Source of the DNA: Capsulimonadales bacterium
GTDB taxonomy: Bacteria; Armatimonadota; Armatimonadia; Armatimonadales; Armatimonadaceae
Assembly: GCA_033762295.1 (NCBI GenBank)
Contig: JANRLW010000076.1
Span: forward strand, 1-47,064
DNA: 47,064 bases
Reading direction: 5' to 3'
Under the pieces are notes generated by a model. The model worked only from the letters and a program-made list of their open reading frames with translations, was not told the origin of the DNA and searched no databases. Shown piece by piece: positions 31,327 to 39,690 of the stretch. How positions within the stretch are numbered: the stretch's first letter is position 1; the number at the start of each line of letters is the position of its first letter. The position numbers and the translations under genes were made by a program.

Positions 31327-31356
31327 CAGTATATACAACGTTGCATATACTGTCAA
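31327..31356 (-). promoter_or_regulatory. Consensus promoter overlapped by a 26-bp LacI-type operator palindrome
   Basis: - strand TTGACA-17 nt-TATACT; palindrome CAGTATATACAACGTTGCATATACTG (one mismatched pair). Confidence 0.8.
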
Positions 31357-31414
31357 AGGAGCAACCGGGGGCGGCCGACAGGTCCGTTCCCCGATACGCA
31401 ACTTACGGAAGACC

Positions 31415-31765
31415 TCACGAGGATGGGGAATGCAGATGCAGGATCAGCGTCTGATCGCCCGCTCCATGGATTTCCAGCAGGACCCCGCTGTCCTCAGCCG
31501 CCGGACGCGACCAGACACGGTTCACACCGGGGATTTCGTGGGTCAGATGGCTCTCCGCCGTGTCGCCCAGCATGACCCGTACCGCCCCGGCGTCGCTGCC
31601 CTTCTTCTCGAATGCCACCCCGGCGAACGGCAATCGTTTCGCCTCCGCGCGCCCCATCGTCCCCGGTCCGTACAACTGGATCGAAGCCGGTTTACCACGA
31701 TGCTTCCGGGTGAAATCATCGAAAAAGGCGGACCACTCCTCGGGTGGCAAAGCCTGTGTCGCCAT
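31415..31765 (-). CDS. DUF5335-like small protein
   Basis: LPPEEWSAFFDDFTRKH…LPFAGVAFE…HLTHEI pattern; AAGGG SD before ATG 31765. Confidence 0.7.
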   Translation of the reverse strand: MATQALPPEEWSAFFDDFTRKHRGKPASIQLYGPGTMGRAEAKRLPFAGVAFEKKGSDAGAVRVMLGDTAESHLTHEIPGVNRVWSRPAAEDSGVLLEIHGAGDQTLILHLHSPSS

Positions 31766-31943
31766 GGCACATTCGTTTCCCTTCGCGAACTGATGGCCGA
31801 TTGTACCCGGTTCGGGACCGGCCTTCATCCGCCCGGAGAAGGAAATCCGCGCCCCCCGGCGAACCTGAGGGAAACGAACGAAGAGAGCGCGAAGACAAAA
31901 CGAAACCGGCCGTGAATCGTTTGGGCGGTCGGGAGGAGCAAGG

Positions 31944-33131
31944 ATGTCCAACGTTCAATGGGTGCGCGATGCCGTCCGCAACCTGCCGATAGAACTGCCG
32001 TCCTGGGGGTTCGGGAACGCCGGAACCCGGTTCGGCGCCTTTCCCGAACCGGGCTGCGCCCGCGACATTTATGAGAAGATCGAGGATGCCGCGACCGTAC
32101 ATCGTCTCACCGGGGCCGCACCCTCGGTCGCGGTGCATATTCCCTGGGATAAGCCGCCGCAGGAGAAGACCTGGGCCGATATCGCCGAGTTCGCCCATGC
32201 CGAGGGCATCACGATCGGCGCGATCAATCCGAACCTCTTCCAGGACCCGGAGTACAAACTCGGCAGCGTCTGCCACCCGCACGCCGCCGTCCGCGAAAAG
32301 GCGGTCGCCCACCTGAAGGAGTGCGCCGAGATCGCCGGAATCACCGGCAGCCGGTACGTCTCCGTCTGGCTCGCCGACGGCACCAACTACCCCGGTCAGG
32401 ACGACCTGCGGGACCGCCGGAAACGTCTGAAGGAGTCGCTGGCCGAAGGCTACGCCGCCCTCCCGGACGGTGTCGAAATGCTGATCGAATACAAGCTGTT
32501 CGAGCCGGCTTTCTACACCACCGACCTCTGCGACTGGGGCACCTCCCTGCTGATGTGCCAGTCCCTCGGTGACCGGGCAAAAGTTCTGGTCGACACCGGC
32601 CACCACGGGCACTATACCAATATCGAGTTCATCGTGGCGACCCTGCTCGATGAAGGCCGCCTCGGCGGGTTCCATTTCAACGACCGGCGTTACGCCGATG
32701 ATGACCTGATCGTCGGTTCGGCCAACCCGTTCCAGTTGTTCCTGATCTTCCACGAACTGATCAACGGACACGACGGTACGACCGCCGCCCCGGTCGCCTA
32801 TATGCTCGACCAGGCGCACGTCATCGAGCGAAAGATCGAGGCGATGGTCCTGTCCGTTCTGAACGTGCAGACCGCCTATGCCAAAGCGCTCCTCGTGGAT
32901 CGCGCCGCATTGAAGGTTGCGCAGGAGGCGGGCGACGTTCTCGGGGCGCACACCCTCCTGCGTGACGCCTACGAGACGGATGTCCGTCCGATCCTGGCGC
33001 AGGCGCGTGAGGAGATCGGGCGACCCGCCGACCCGCTGCGTGCCCTCGCTCAGGACGAACTCGTCTGCGAACGGCGCAAGGCGCGGCTCACGACGCCGCC
33101 CCGCGCCTCGGGGGGCGGTCTCGGCGCGTAG
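31944..33131 (+). CDS. rhaI: L-rhamnose isomerase (xylose-isomerase-like RhaI type)
   Basis: ELPSWGFGNAGTRF, VHIPWD, WLADGTNYPGQ, EYKLFEP, VDTGHH, GFHFND..YADDDL. Confidence 0.92.
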   Translation: MSNVQWVRDAVRNLPIELPSWGFGNAGTRFGAFPEPGCARDIYEKIEDAATVHRLTGAAPSVAVHIPWDKPPQEKTWADIAEFAHAEGITIGAINPNLFQDPEYKLGSVCHPHAAVREKAVAHLKECAEIAGITGSRYVSVWLADGTNYPGQDDLRDRRKRLKESLAEGYAALPDGVEMLIEYKLFEPAFYTTDLCDWGTSLLMCQSLGDRAKVLVDTGHHGHYTNIEFIVATLLDEGRLGGFHFNDRRYADDDLIVGSANPFQLFLIFHELINGHDGTTAAPVAYMLDQAHVIERKIEAMVLSVLNVQTAYAKALLVDRAALKVAQEAGDVLGAHTLLRDAYETDVRPILAQAREEIGRPADPLRALAQDELVCERRKARLTTPPRASGGGLGA

Positions 33132-33221
33132 CCGGTTGCCTGTTCCTCGCATTCTTGAAGGGGCGGACCGCCTGCCGGGTCCAAAAGGGAATCGTGTTTC
33201 TTCCCGCAGAAAGGATTGCTG

Positions 33222-33863
33222 ATGAGTTCCTTTTTTTCGCCGCGTCGGCGGTTCGCCCTCATCGGAGTCGCCACACTGCTTCTGTCCGCCGCTACCGGCC
33301 TTCTGGTTTACGCTCAGGGAGGCGCGCCCGGTCGGAAGCAGGAAAATCCGAAACCCGGTTCGTCGCCCGTCTCGCCGAAAGACCGCGATAAAACCGATCC
33401 TCTGCCGCCGAAATCCGGCGGGGGCGCGCCGTCCGACAACCCCGGTTCCACACGCGACTCGCGCCGCGACGAACCGACACGCATCATCCTCACCGAACCG
33501 ATCATCCTTCAACCCGCGCCCGCCCCGCTTCCCGCCCCCCGCCATCCGATCTATGTCACCCCGCGTATGGAAACGACGCCGCCCGCCCGCGAACGCGTCC
33601 CCGCCAGCCCCGGCGGTGTCTCGGTGATGATGGTCGAACGGGTCGACGAACGGACGCTCCGCTATATGATCGTCGATCCGGAAACCAAGACCATGTCCCT
33701 GATGAAAGTCCATCTGGGCCGGACGCGTCCCGCTCCAGGAACGAATCCGGGAACGACAGGCGCCGATCGCTCCCTGATCGAGCGAGAGGTGGTCGAGCAT
33801 TATGTGGACGAAGCCGACCGCGAAAAGACCGGAGGGGATGGTGAGAACGTCGCTCCCAAATAG
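33222..33863 (+). CDS. Hypothetical exported/membrane-anchored Pro-rich protein
   Basis: Basic N-terminus plus hydrophobic segment, low-complexity Pro/Ser linker, small globular C-terminus. Confidence 0.6.
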   Translation: MSSFFSPRRRFALIGVATLLLSAATGLLVYAQGGAPGRKQENPKPGSSPVSPKDRDKTDPLPPKSGGGAPSDNPGSTRDSRRDEPTRIILTEPIILQPAPAPLPAPRHPIYVTPRMETTPPARERVPASPGGVSVMMVERVDERTLRYMIVDPETKTMSLMKVHLGRTRPAPGTNPGTTGADRSLIEREVVEHYVDEADREKTGGDGENVAPK

Positions 33864-34467
33864 ACTTGTGAGAATTGTGGTCGCCGCGGCGATCCCGTCG
33901 CTCTGCCTGCTGTCGTTCGGCTGCGGGGGCGGATCGATTCGAAACGAACGGCCCGCCCCCGCCCCCGGCAAGGCGAATTATGAAGGCCCCGGCTTTGGCG
34001 ACGACGCGAACGGCGGCATCGGCTACACCAATACCGATATCCTGGTTCGCCCGCCCGACCAGAACAATGGCGCGAAAGGCATTATCGACGGGACGCTTAC
34101 CGATTCCGATCCGACCGGCGACGGATGGCGCTTTGACCGGTATACGTTCACCTCCCTTCGCACCGGCTCCCATACGGTCCAGGTGCAGTCGTCGGATTTC
34201 GATCCCGTTCTGGCCATCTTCCGGGTCTATCCGGACGGTTACTGGGAATACCTCGGGTTCGACGACGATAGCGACGGCAATCGCAACGCCCGTTTCCACC
34301 TGGATGCCGACCGGAACGCCGTCTACGTCGTCACCGTCACCTCCTACGACAAGGGCGAGACGGGGCGTTATAGCGTCCTGCTGGAACCCGGCCTGACCTA
34401 TGCCACGACGCGCAAACGTCTCGATCTCGATTTTGCCCGACCGCATCAACGACTGTCGACACCCTGA
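33838..34467 (+). CDS. Lipoprotein with a PPC (pre-peptidase C-terminal)-like domain
   Basis: Lipobox-like LLSFG-C-GGG; G.LT..D…FDRYTF…SSDFDPVLAI…DDDSDG…Y.V.VTSY..GETGRY. Confidence 0.75.
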   Translation: MVRTSLPNRLVRIVVAAAIPSLCLLSFGCGGGSIRNERPAPAPGKANYEGPGFGDDANGGIGYTNTDILVRPPDQNNGAKGIIDGTLTDSDPTGDGWRFDRYTFTSLRTGSHTVQVQSSDFDPVLAIFRVYPDGYWEYLGFDDDSDGNRNARFHLDADRNAVYVVTVTSYDKGETGRYSVLLEPGLTYATTRKRLDLDFARPHQRLSTP

Positions 34468-34486
34468 GCAACCCTGAGGAACCCCG

Positions 34487-35266
34487 ATGAACGAAACCGA
34501 TGTCCTGGACCGATTGCATGCCCTGGCCCACTGGCTGGGCGACCCCGCCCGTGATCTGGCGATCCTGGCCGAGGGGAATGTTTCCGCCGCGATGAACGAG
34601 GAGAAGACCACCTTCTGGCTCAAGGCGAGCGGCTGCAGTCTGGGCAGCATGCGCCGGGATCAGTTCGTTCGCATGGACGTTCGACGCAGTCTGGCGATCC
34701 TCGAACAGGAGATTCTTACCGACGCCGAGATCAAGTCCCTCCTCACGGCGGCGCGTTCGAATCCGGAGGACAGCCTCTATCCGTCGGTCGAGGCGGCGCT
34801 GCACGCCGTCTGTCTCACCGACGGCGGCGCGAACGTGGTCGGTCACACGCATCCCACGCCGTGGCTCTCGATCCTCTGCTCGCAGAAGGCGGAAGAGGCG
34901 GTCGCCGGTCGGATATTCCCCGATGAGATCGTCGTCTGCGGCATCGCGCCCTGCTTCGTCCCCTACATCGATCCGGGTCCCCCGCTCGCGCGGGCGGCGC
35001 GGGAGGCCATTCATCGGCACGTCGGCGAGTACGGCGAACCGCCCAAAGTCCTGCTGCTCAAAAACCACGGGCTGTTCGCTCTCGGAAAGGACGCCGACGA
35101 GGTCGAAAGGGTTACGGCCATGTCGGTGAAGGTCGCGCGGGCGATCCTGGGAACTTACGCCCTGGGCGGGCCGCACTTCCTGACCGAACGACAGGCCGAC
35201 CGGATCAAAACCCGTCCCGACGAGCACTTCCGTCAGAAGATGCTCGCCGAGATGCGCGGCCGATAA
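34487..35266 (+). CDS. Class II aldolase/adducin family protein (rhamnulose-1-phosphate aldolase-like)
   Basis: EGNVSA, KASG, PSVEAALH, HTHP, LKNHG; GAGGA SD; near rhaI. Confidence 0.88.
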   Translation: MNETDVLDRLHALAHWLGDPARDLAILAEGNVSAAMNEEKTTFWLKASGCSLGSMRRDQFVRMDVRRSLAILEQEILTDAEIKSLLTAARSNPEDSLYPSVEAALHAVCLTDGGANVVGHTHPTPWLSILCSQKAEEAVAGRIFPDEIVVCGIAPCFVPYIDPGPPLARAAREAIHRHVGEYGEPPKVLLLKNHGLFALGKDADEVERVTAMSVKVARAILGTYALGGPHFLTERQADRIKTRPDEHFRQKMLAEMRGR

Positions 35267-35275
35267 TTCGTTCGT

Positions 35276-36277
35276 TTATCGGCCGGTCAGATACCAGGGG
35301 ATCGTCTCCCGCAGACCGTCCGGCAGGGAGCGGGGCGACCAGTCCGGCAACAGGGCGGCGATCCGCTCCGGGCGGTTATACTGGTGGCCCGGTTCGAACA
35401 CGCCGATCGGGCCGGGCAGGACGTCCGGTTCCGGCGAGTCGATCCCGAAGGCGTCACGCAGAGTCGTTCGCACCGTCTCGATGACTCCGGCCGCCGTCCA
35501 CCGGTGCGGGGAGGCGATATTGACGCCGACCCGCGCCAGTTTCCCGCCGAGCGTTCGGAAAGGGGCGTTCCCCTGCGTGTGCGCGTCGGTCGCCAGGGCG
35601 CGCAGGGCGCGGGTCGCGTCGTCGACAAACAGGTACTCGCGCAGGCTCTCCCCGGCCGGACCGGCGGTCAGGCGCGGACGCTCCCCGTTCAGGGCGCGTC
35701 GGATCGTCCCGGGAACGATTCGGGAGAAGTTTCTGTCGCCGGGTCCGTAGATGTTCACCAGACGGGCGACGCGCACGGCGGGCGTGTCGTAGAGACCGGC
35801 GTAGAGACGCGCCGCCTGATCGGCCTGCGCCTTCGACAGTTCGTACAATCCGCCGTTGACGAAACCGGTCGTGTCCTCATCGTCGTACGGCGGCGGAGCG
35901 GTCGCGCCGTACTGCTTGTCGGACGATGCCAGCACGACCGCCGGTATTTCGAGGCGTCGCGCCGATTCCAGAACGTTCCAGGTTCCGGCGACATTCGTCT
36001 CCAGCACCCCGCGCGCCCCGGCATCGCCCCCGGCGGTCAGCACGGACTGCGCCGCCAGATGATAAACGGTCTCCGGCCGCACCTCGGCCAGCGCCTCGTG
36101 GACCGCGTCCGCGTCCCGAACATCGCACGGCAGAAACCGGAATCCGGGGGAAAATAGCCCGTCCGGAGGCGTACGCCCGATTCCGACGACCGACCCGCCC
36201 GCGTTCAGCAGGGATGTCGCCAGATTCCGGGCGATGAAACCGGAAATCCCGGTGATGACCGTGGTTCCTTCCGTCAT
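35276..36277 (-). CDS. NAD-dependent nucleotide-sugar epimerase/dehydratase
   Basis: ITGISGFIA, YHLAAQS, ASSDKQY, YELSK (YxxxK), NIYGPGD; start re-assigned to ATG 36277. Confidence 0.9.
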   Translation of the reverse strand: MTEGTTVITGISGFIARNLATSLLNAGGSVVGIGRTPPDGLFSPGFRFLPCDVRDADAVHEALAEVRPETVYHLAAQSVLTAGGDAGARGVLETNVAGTWNVLESARRLEIPAVVLASSDKQYGATAPPPYDDEDTTGFVNGGLYELSKAQADQAARLYAGLYDTPAVRVARLVNIYGPGDRNFSRIVPGTIRRALNGERPRLTAGPAGESLREYLFVDDATRALRALATDAHTQGNAPFRTLGGKLARVGVNIASPHRWTAAGVIETVRTTLRDAFGIDSPEPDVLPGPIGVFEPGHQYNRPERIAALLPDWSPRSLPDGLRETIPWYLTGR

Positions 36278-36341
36278 TGGCCTTGACCGATCTTCGACCG
36301 TCGACGCAGGGAAGCGCCGACCCTGTGTGGAATCGTTGTCC

Positions 36342-37805
36342 GTGATCATTCGACGTTTCTCTCCGCTTCTCCTTTGCCTCGTCCTGCCGCTCCTGCCGAT
36401 CCCGTCGTCGGCCCAGTCCCCCTCCGATCTGCCGTCCGGGATCGACGCCGCTCTCAATGTCCCGGAGTTCAAAAACGCCGTGGTCGCCGTACTGGTGCGC
36501 TCCCTCGACACCGGCAGGACACTGTACGAGAAGAACCCGGACGTCGCCCTGATGCCGGCGTCCAACCTCAAACTGCTCACCGCCGCCACGGCGTCCGCGA
36601 AACTCGGCATCGGCTTTCGCTTTACCACGACGCTCCTTCGCACCGGGGAGATTACCGGCAGCGGTGAACTGAAGGGCGACCTGTATTTGCATGGGAGCGG
36701 CGACCCCTCCCTGACGTCCGAAGACCTTACCGCCATGGTTCGACAGCTTGGGTCCGCCGGGGTTCGAAAGTTCCATGGAAGGGTTTTCGTCGATGCGTCG
36801 GCGTTCGATGCGCGCGCACTCGGAACCGGATGGGAGTGGGATGACGAGTCCTACTACTACTGCGCCCAGGTCGCCGGATTGAACTGCGACGAGAACACGG
36901 TCGTCCTCACCGCCGAACCCGGCAAAAAACCCGGTGACCCGCCGGTCGTTACGGCCATCAACGGTACGCGTTATCTCACCCTGAGGAACGAGGCGAAAAC
37001 CGGCGTGGCAGGAAGTCCGGCAACGGTCGTTTTCGAACGCGCCCGGGCAAGGAACGAGGTGACGATCACCGGTTCGCTCCCGCTCGACGCGAAACCTGTC
37101 CGTGAAACGGTGACGGTCGAAGACCCGGCCCGGTTTGTCGGAACGCGTTTATGGGAGATTCTGGAGCGATCGGGTACGGACACTCCGAAACCGGAGAAAC
37201 GCCGGGTCGAGATCGGCATTGCGCCGACCAATACCCTCCCGGTCGCCACCCATGTCAGTCCCGCCTTGCCGAAACTGCTGGCGGACTTCCTGAAACCGAG
37301 CGACAACCTCTACGGCGAATGCCTGCTGAAAACGCTGGGACGGCAAAAAAGCGGACAGGGAACCTGGGACAGCGGGGCGGCGACGGTCCGGGATTATCTC
37401 GGCGAGATCGGGGTGGACGCCGCCGGTCTGGTGATGGCCGACGGTTCCGGGCTGTCCCGGCGCAACACGGTGACCGCCCGGATGCTCGTCGATCTGTTGA
37501 CGGCTGTGGAGACGAAACTGCCTGACGGGGCGCGAGCGGCCTTTGTCGACGGTCTCCCGGTCGGCGGGCAGGACGGTACGCTGCGTAATCGGTTCAAAAG
37601 CACTGCGGCGCAGGGCGTCGTTCGCGCGAAAACCGGCTCCCTGACCGGCGCGTCCTCCCTGTCCGGCTACCTGACGACCGTTGCCGGAGAACGCCTCGTG
37701 TTTTCAATCCTGATGAATCACTATCATAGCGCGACCGGCGCGACACGGACGCGCGCCGCCCAGGATGCCATCGTCCTCGCCTTGATGAACGTCCCCCGCT
37801 CCTGA
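36342..37805 (+). CDS. dacB: D-alanyl-D-alanine carboxypeptidase/endopeptidase (peptidase S13, PBP4)
   Basis: PASNLK (SxxK), GSGDPSL, SDN, DGSGLSR, AKTG; signal peptide from GTG 36342. Confidence 0.95.
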   Translation: MIIRRFSPLLLCLVLPLLPIPSSAQSPSDLPSGIDAALNVPEFKNAVVAVLVRSLDTGRTLYEKNPDVALMPASNLKLLTAATASAKLGIGFRFTTTLLRTGEITGSGELKGDLYLHGSGDPSLTSEDLTAMVRQLGSAGVRKFHGRVFVDASAFDARALGTGWEWDDESYYYCAQVAGLNCDENTVVLTAEPGKKPGDPPVVTAINGTRYLTLRNEAKTGVAGSPATVVFERARARNEVTITGSLPLDAKPVRETVTVEDPARFVGTRLWEILERSGTDTPKPEKRRVEIGIAPTNTLPVATHVSPALPKLLADFLKPSDNLYGECLLKTLGRQKSGQGTWDSGAATVRDYLGEIGVDAAGLVMADGSGLSRRNTVTARMLVDLLTAVETKLPDGARAAFVDGLPVGGQDGTLRNRFKSTAAQGVVRAKTGSLTGASSLSGYLTTVAGERLVFSILMNHYHSATGATRTRAAQDAIVLALMNVPRS

Positions 37806-37837
37806 TCCGGCCCGGTAACCACCGTCCGTATCGGGCA

Positions 37838-38299
37838 TTATGATGTCTCGTACCCGTTCGCCAGGGTCGTTTCGTATATCTTCGCGCTGATCCGCCCGCA
37901 AAACGCCATATACAACGTCGTGCCCAGCGTCTCCGGAACCCCCGGATGCCAGGGATCATCGTCGAGGAGGAAAAGCATGGCGAGTGACAGAAACAGGCCG
38001 AACACAACGCCGTCGCTCACGGCGCGCGCGACGTCCGTCGGGGGAAGGACCCGTTGAAATATCCCGATCGCCAGGGCCGAAAAACCGCCCAGGACGCACG
38101 CCGGTATGGCACAAAAGGTCGTTCCGAAGAAGAGAATCGTCAGGTGGGCAAGGCCCTCCGGACGGAAAACCCCGAGATACAAGCCCGTCCCGACCAGCCA
38201 GATCAGCGACAGAACGAAGCCCATCGTGACCCCATCGTTGAAGATCGCCCGTGGAGACGGCGAGGGGATCACTCGATTCCAGAAGGCAAGCAGTCGCAT
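37838..38299 (-). CDS. Hypothetical 4-TM membrane protein
   Basis: Four hydrophobic segments; shares FWNR and GRxxAKI motifs with the neighbouring gene. Confidence 0.7.
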   Translation of the reverse strand: MRLLAFWNRVIPSPSPRAIFNDGVTMGFVLSLIWLVGTGLYLGVFRPEGLAHLTILFFGTTFCAIPACVLGGFSALAIGIFQRVLPPTDVARAVSDGVVFGLFLSLAMLFLLDDDPWHPGVPETLGTTLYMAFCGRISAKIYETTLANGYETS

Positions 38300-38310
38300 C
38301 GTGACTCTTT

Positions 38311-38808
38311 CTAAAATGCGCCTTCCGGGCGCGGTTCGGGGATATCATGGATCTTCGCGCCCATCCGCCCCAGAAGCGTGGCGATCAAGGCGATCGGAAC
38401 CTCGACCATTCGCCCGTGCTCCATCGGATCGAACACGAAGATTCCCCAGGGAAGGAACGTCGCCGCCAGCGCCAGCAGAATGCCCAGCACGGTGAATCCG
38501 AAACGGCCGACATGCCGGCGCAACGGCCGCAGCAATCCGAAGAGGAAGATGGAGAGAACCGCTCCGATCCCCGAAAAGAAGACCAGACAGGCCATCCAGC
38601 AAAACAGGAAGCCGATCAGAAGCGTCGGGAGACCGACGGACCATCCCGCCTGCAACGCCATCCCGATGCAAAACAGAAAAGCGATCGGAGCGCCGACCAG
38701 CGCCGTCTGGCCGAACAACATCGCCCCTTCGACGAGGACGTCGTTCACGGAGTCGCGTTCGATCGAACGGTTCCAAAATCCCGGGAATGTTCCTGCGCTA
38801 TTCGTCAT
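38311..38808 (-). CDS. Hypothetical 4-TM membrane protein (paralog of the neighbour)
   Basis: Four hydrophobic segments; start overlaps the end of rsmI. Confidence 0.7.
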   Translation of the reverse strand: MTNSAGTFPGFWNRSIERDSVNDVLVEGAMLFGQTALVGAPIAFLFCIGMALQAGWSVGLPTLLIGFLFCWMACLVFFSGIGAVLSIFLFGLLRPLRRHVGRFGFTVLGILLALAATFLPWGIFVFDPMEHGRMVEVPIALIATLLGRMGAKIHDIPEPRPEGAF

Positions 38809-39658
38809 CTTCCCCTGCCTCCTCTTCCGCCTGTTGCAAACGTTGAATCAGGGCATATGCCTCGTTACGCGAGAGCCGGGCGATCCGCATGACGTCCCGC
38901 ATGGCGTCCCGAGGCGACAGTCCCTGCGCGAACGCCGCACGGGCTACCGTCTCGGCGTCCGCCTCCCGCTCGGCCGACGGCGTTTCCGTCGCCCCGCCCA
39001 GCACGAGGACGCACTCCCCGCGCGGTTCGTTCGATAAATAATACGTGCGGACGTCGGCAAGAGTGCCGTTTCGGAACTCCTCGAATTTTTTCGTCAGTTC
39101 GCGGGCGACGGTGACCGGTCGTTCCTCCCCGCAGACTCGCGCCAGGTCCCCGAGCGTCTCCGTCAGACGAGGCGAGGACTCGAAGATCACGACGGTACGG
39201 CGTTCGGCGGCGATGGTCGCCAGGCGTTCATGCCGATCGTTGGTCCGTGGCAGAAACCCCTCGAAAACGAAACGGGCCGGGGGCAGTCCGGACCCGATCA
39301 GGGCGGCAATCGCCGCACTCGGTCCCGGAATCGGTTCGACGCGCACGCCGCTTCGAATCGCCGACGACACCAGTTCCGCACCGGGATCGGAAATGCAGGG
39401 CGTCCCGGCGTCCGAGACCAGCGCGATCGATTCTCCCGCCTCCAGACGGCGGATCAGGTGGTCGGTTTTCCCCTCGTCGGTATGGGCATGATAGGAGGTC
39501 AACCGGGTGCCGATCTCGAAGTGCGCCAGCAGTTTCCGGGTGACCCGTGTGTCCTCCGCCGCAATCAGGTCGCACTCCCGCAGAACCCGCAGCGCCCGCA
39601 GGGTGATATCCTCCAGATTTCCGATCGGCGTCGCCACGAGATACAGTGTCCCGGCCAT
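38798..39658 (-). CDS. rsmI: 16S rRNA (cytidine1402-2'-O)-methyltransferase
   Basis: LYLVATPIGNLEDIT.RA, AAEDTR, LVSDAGTPCISDPG, FEGFLP, ARELTKKFEE. Confidence 0.98.
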   Translation of the reverse strand: MAGTLYLVATPIGNLEDITLRALRVLRECDLIAAEDTRVTRKLLAHFEIGTRLTSYHAHTDEGKTDHLIRRLEAGESIALVSDAGTPCISDPGAELVSSAIRSGVRVEPIPGPSAAIAALIGSGLPPARFVFEGFLPRTNDRHERLATIAAERRTVVIFESSPRLTETLGDLARVCGEERPVTVARELTKKFEEFRNGTLADVRTYYLSNEPRGECVLVLGGATETPSAEREADAETVARAAFAQGLSPRDAMRDVMRIARLSRNEAYALIQRLQQAEEEAGEDDE

Positions 39659-39690
39659 ACCGAGAGTTAATCACGGATGGCGACGGCGGG

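Noticed and set aside
27771..33971. Long opposite-strand ORFs 27771-29276, 29056-30855 and 31716-33971
   Set aside because: Shadows of ppx, the propeller gene and rhaI.
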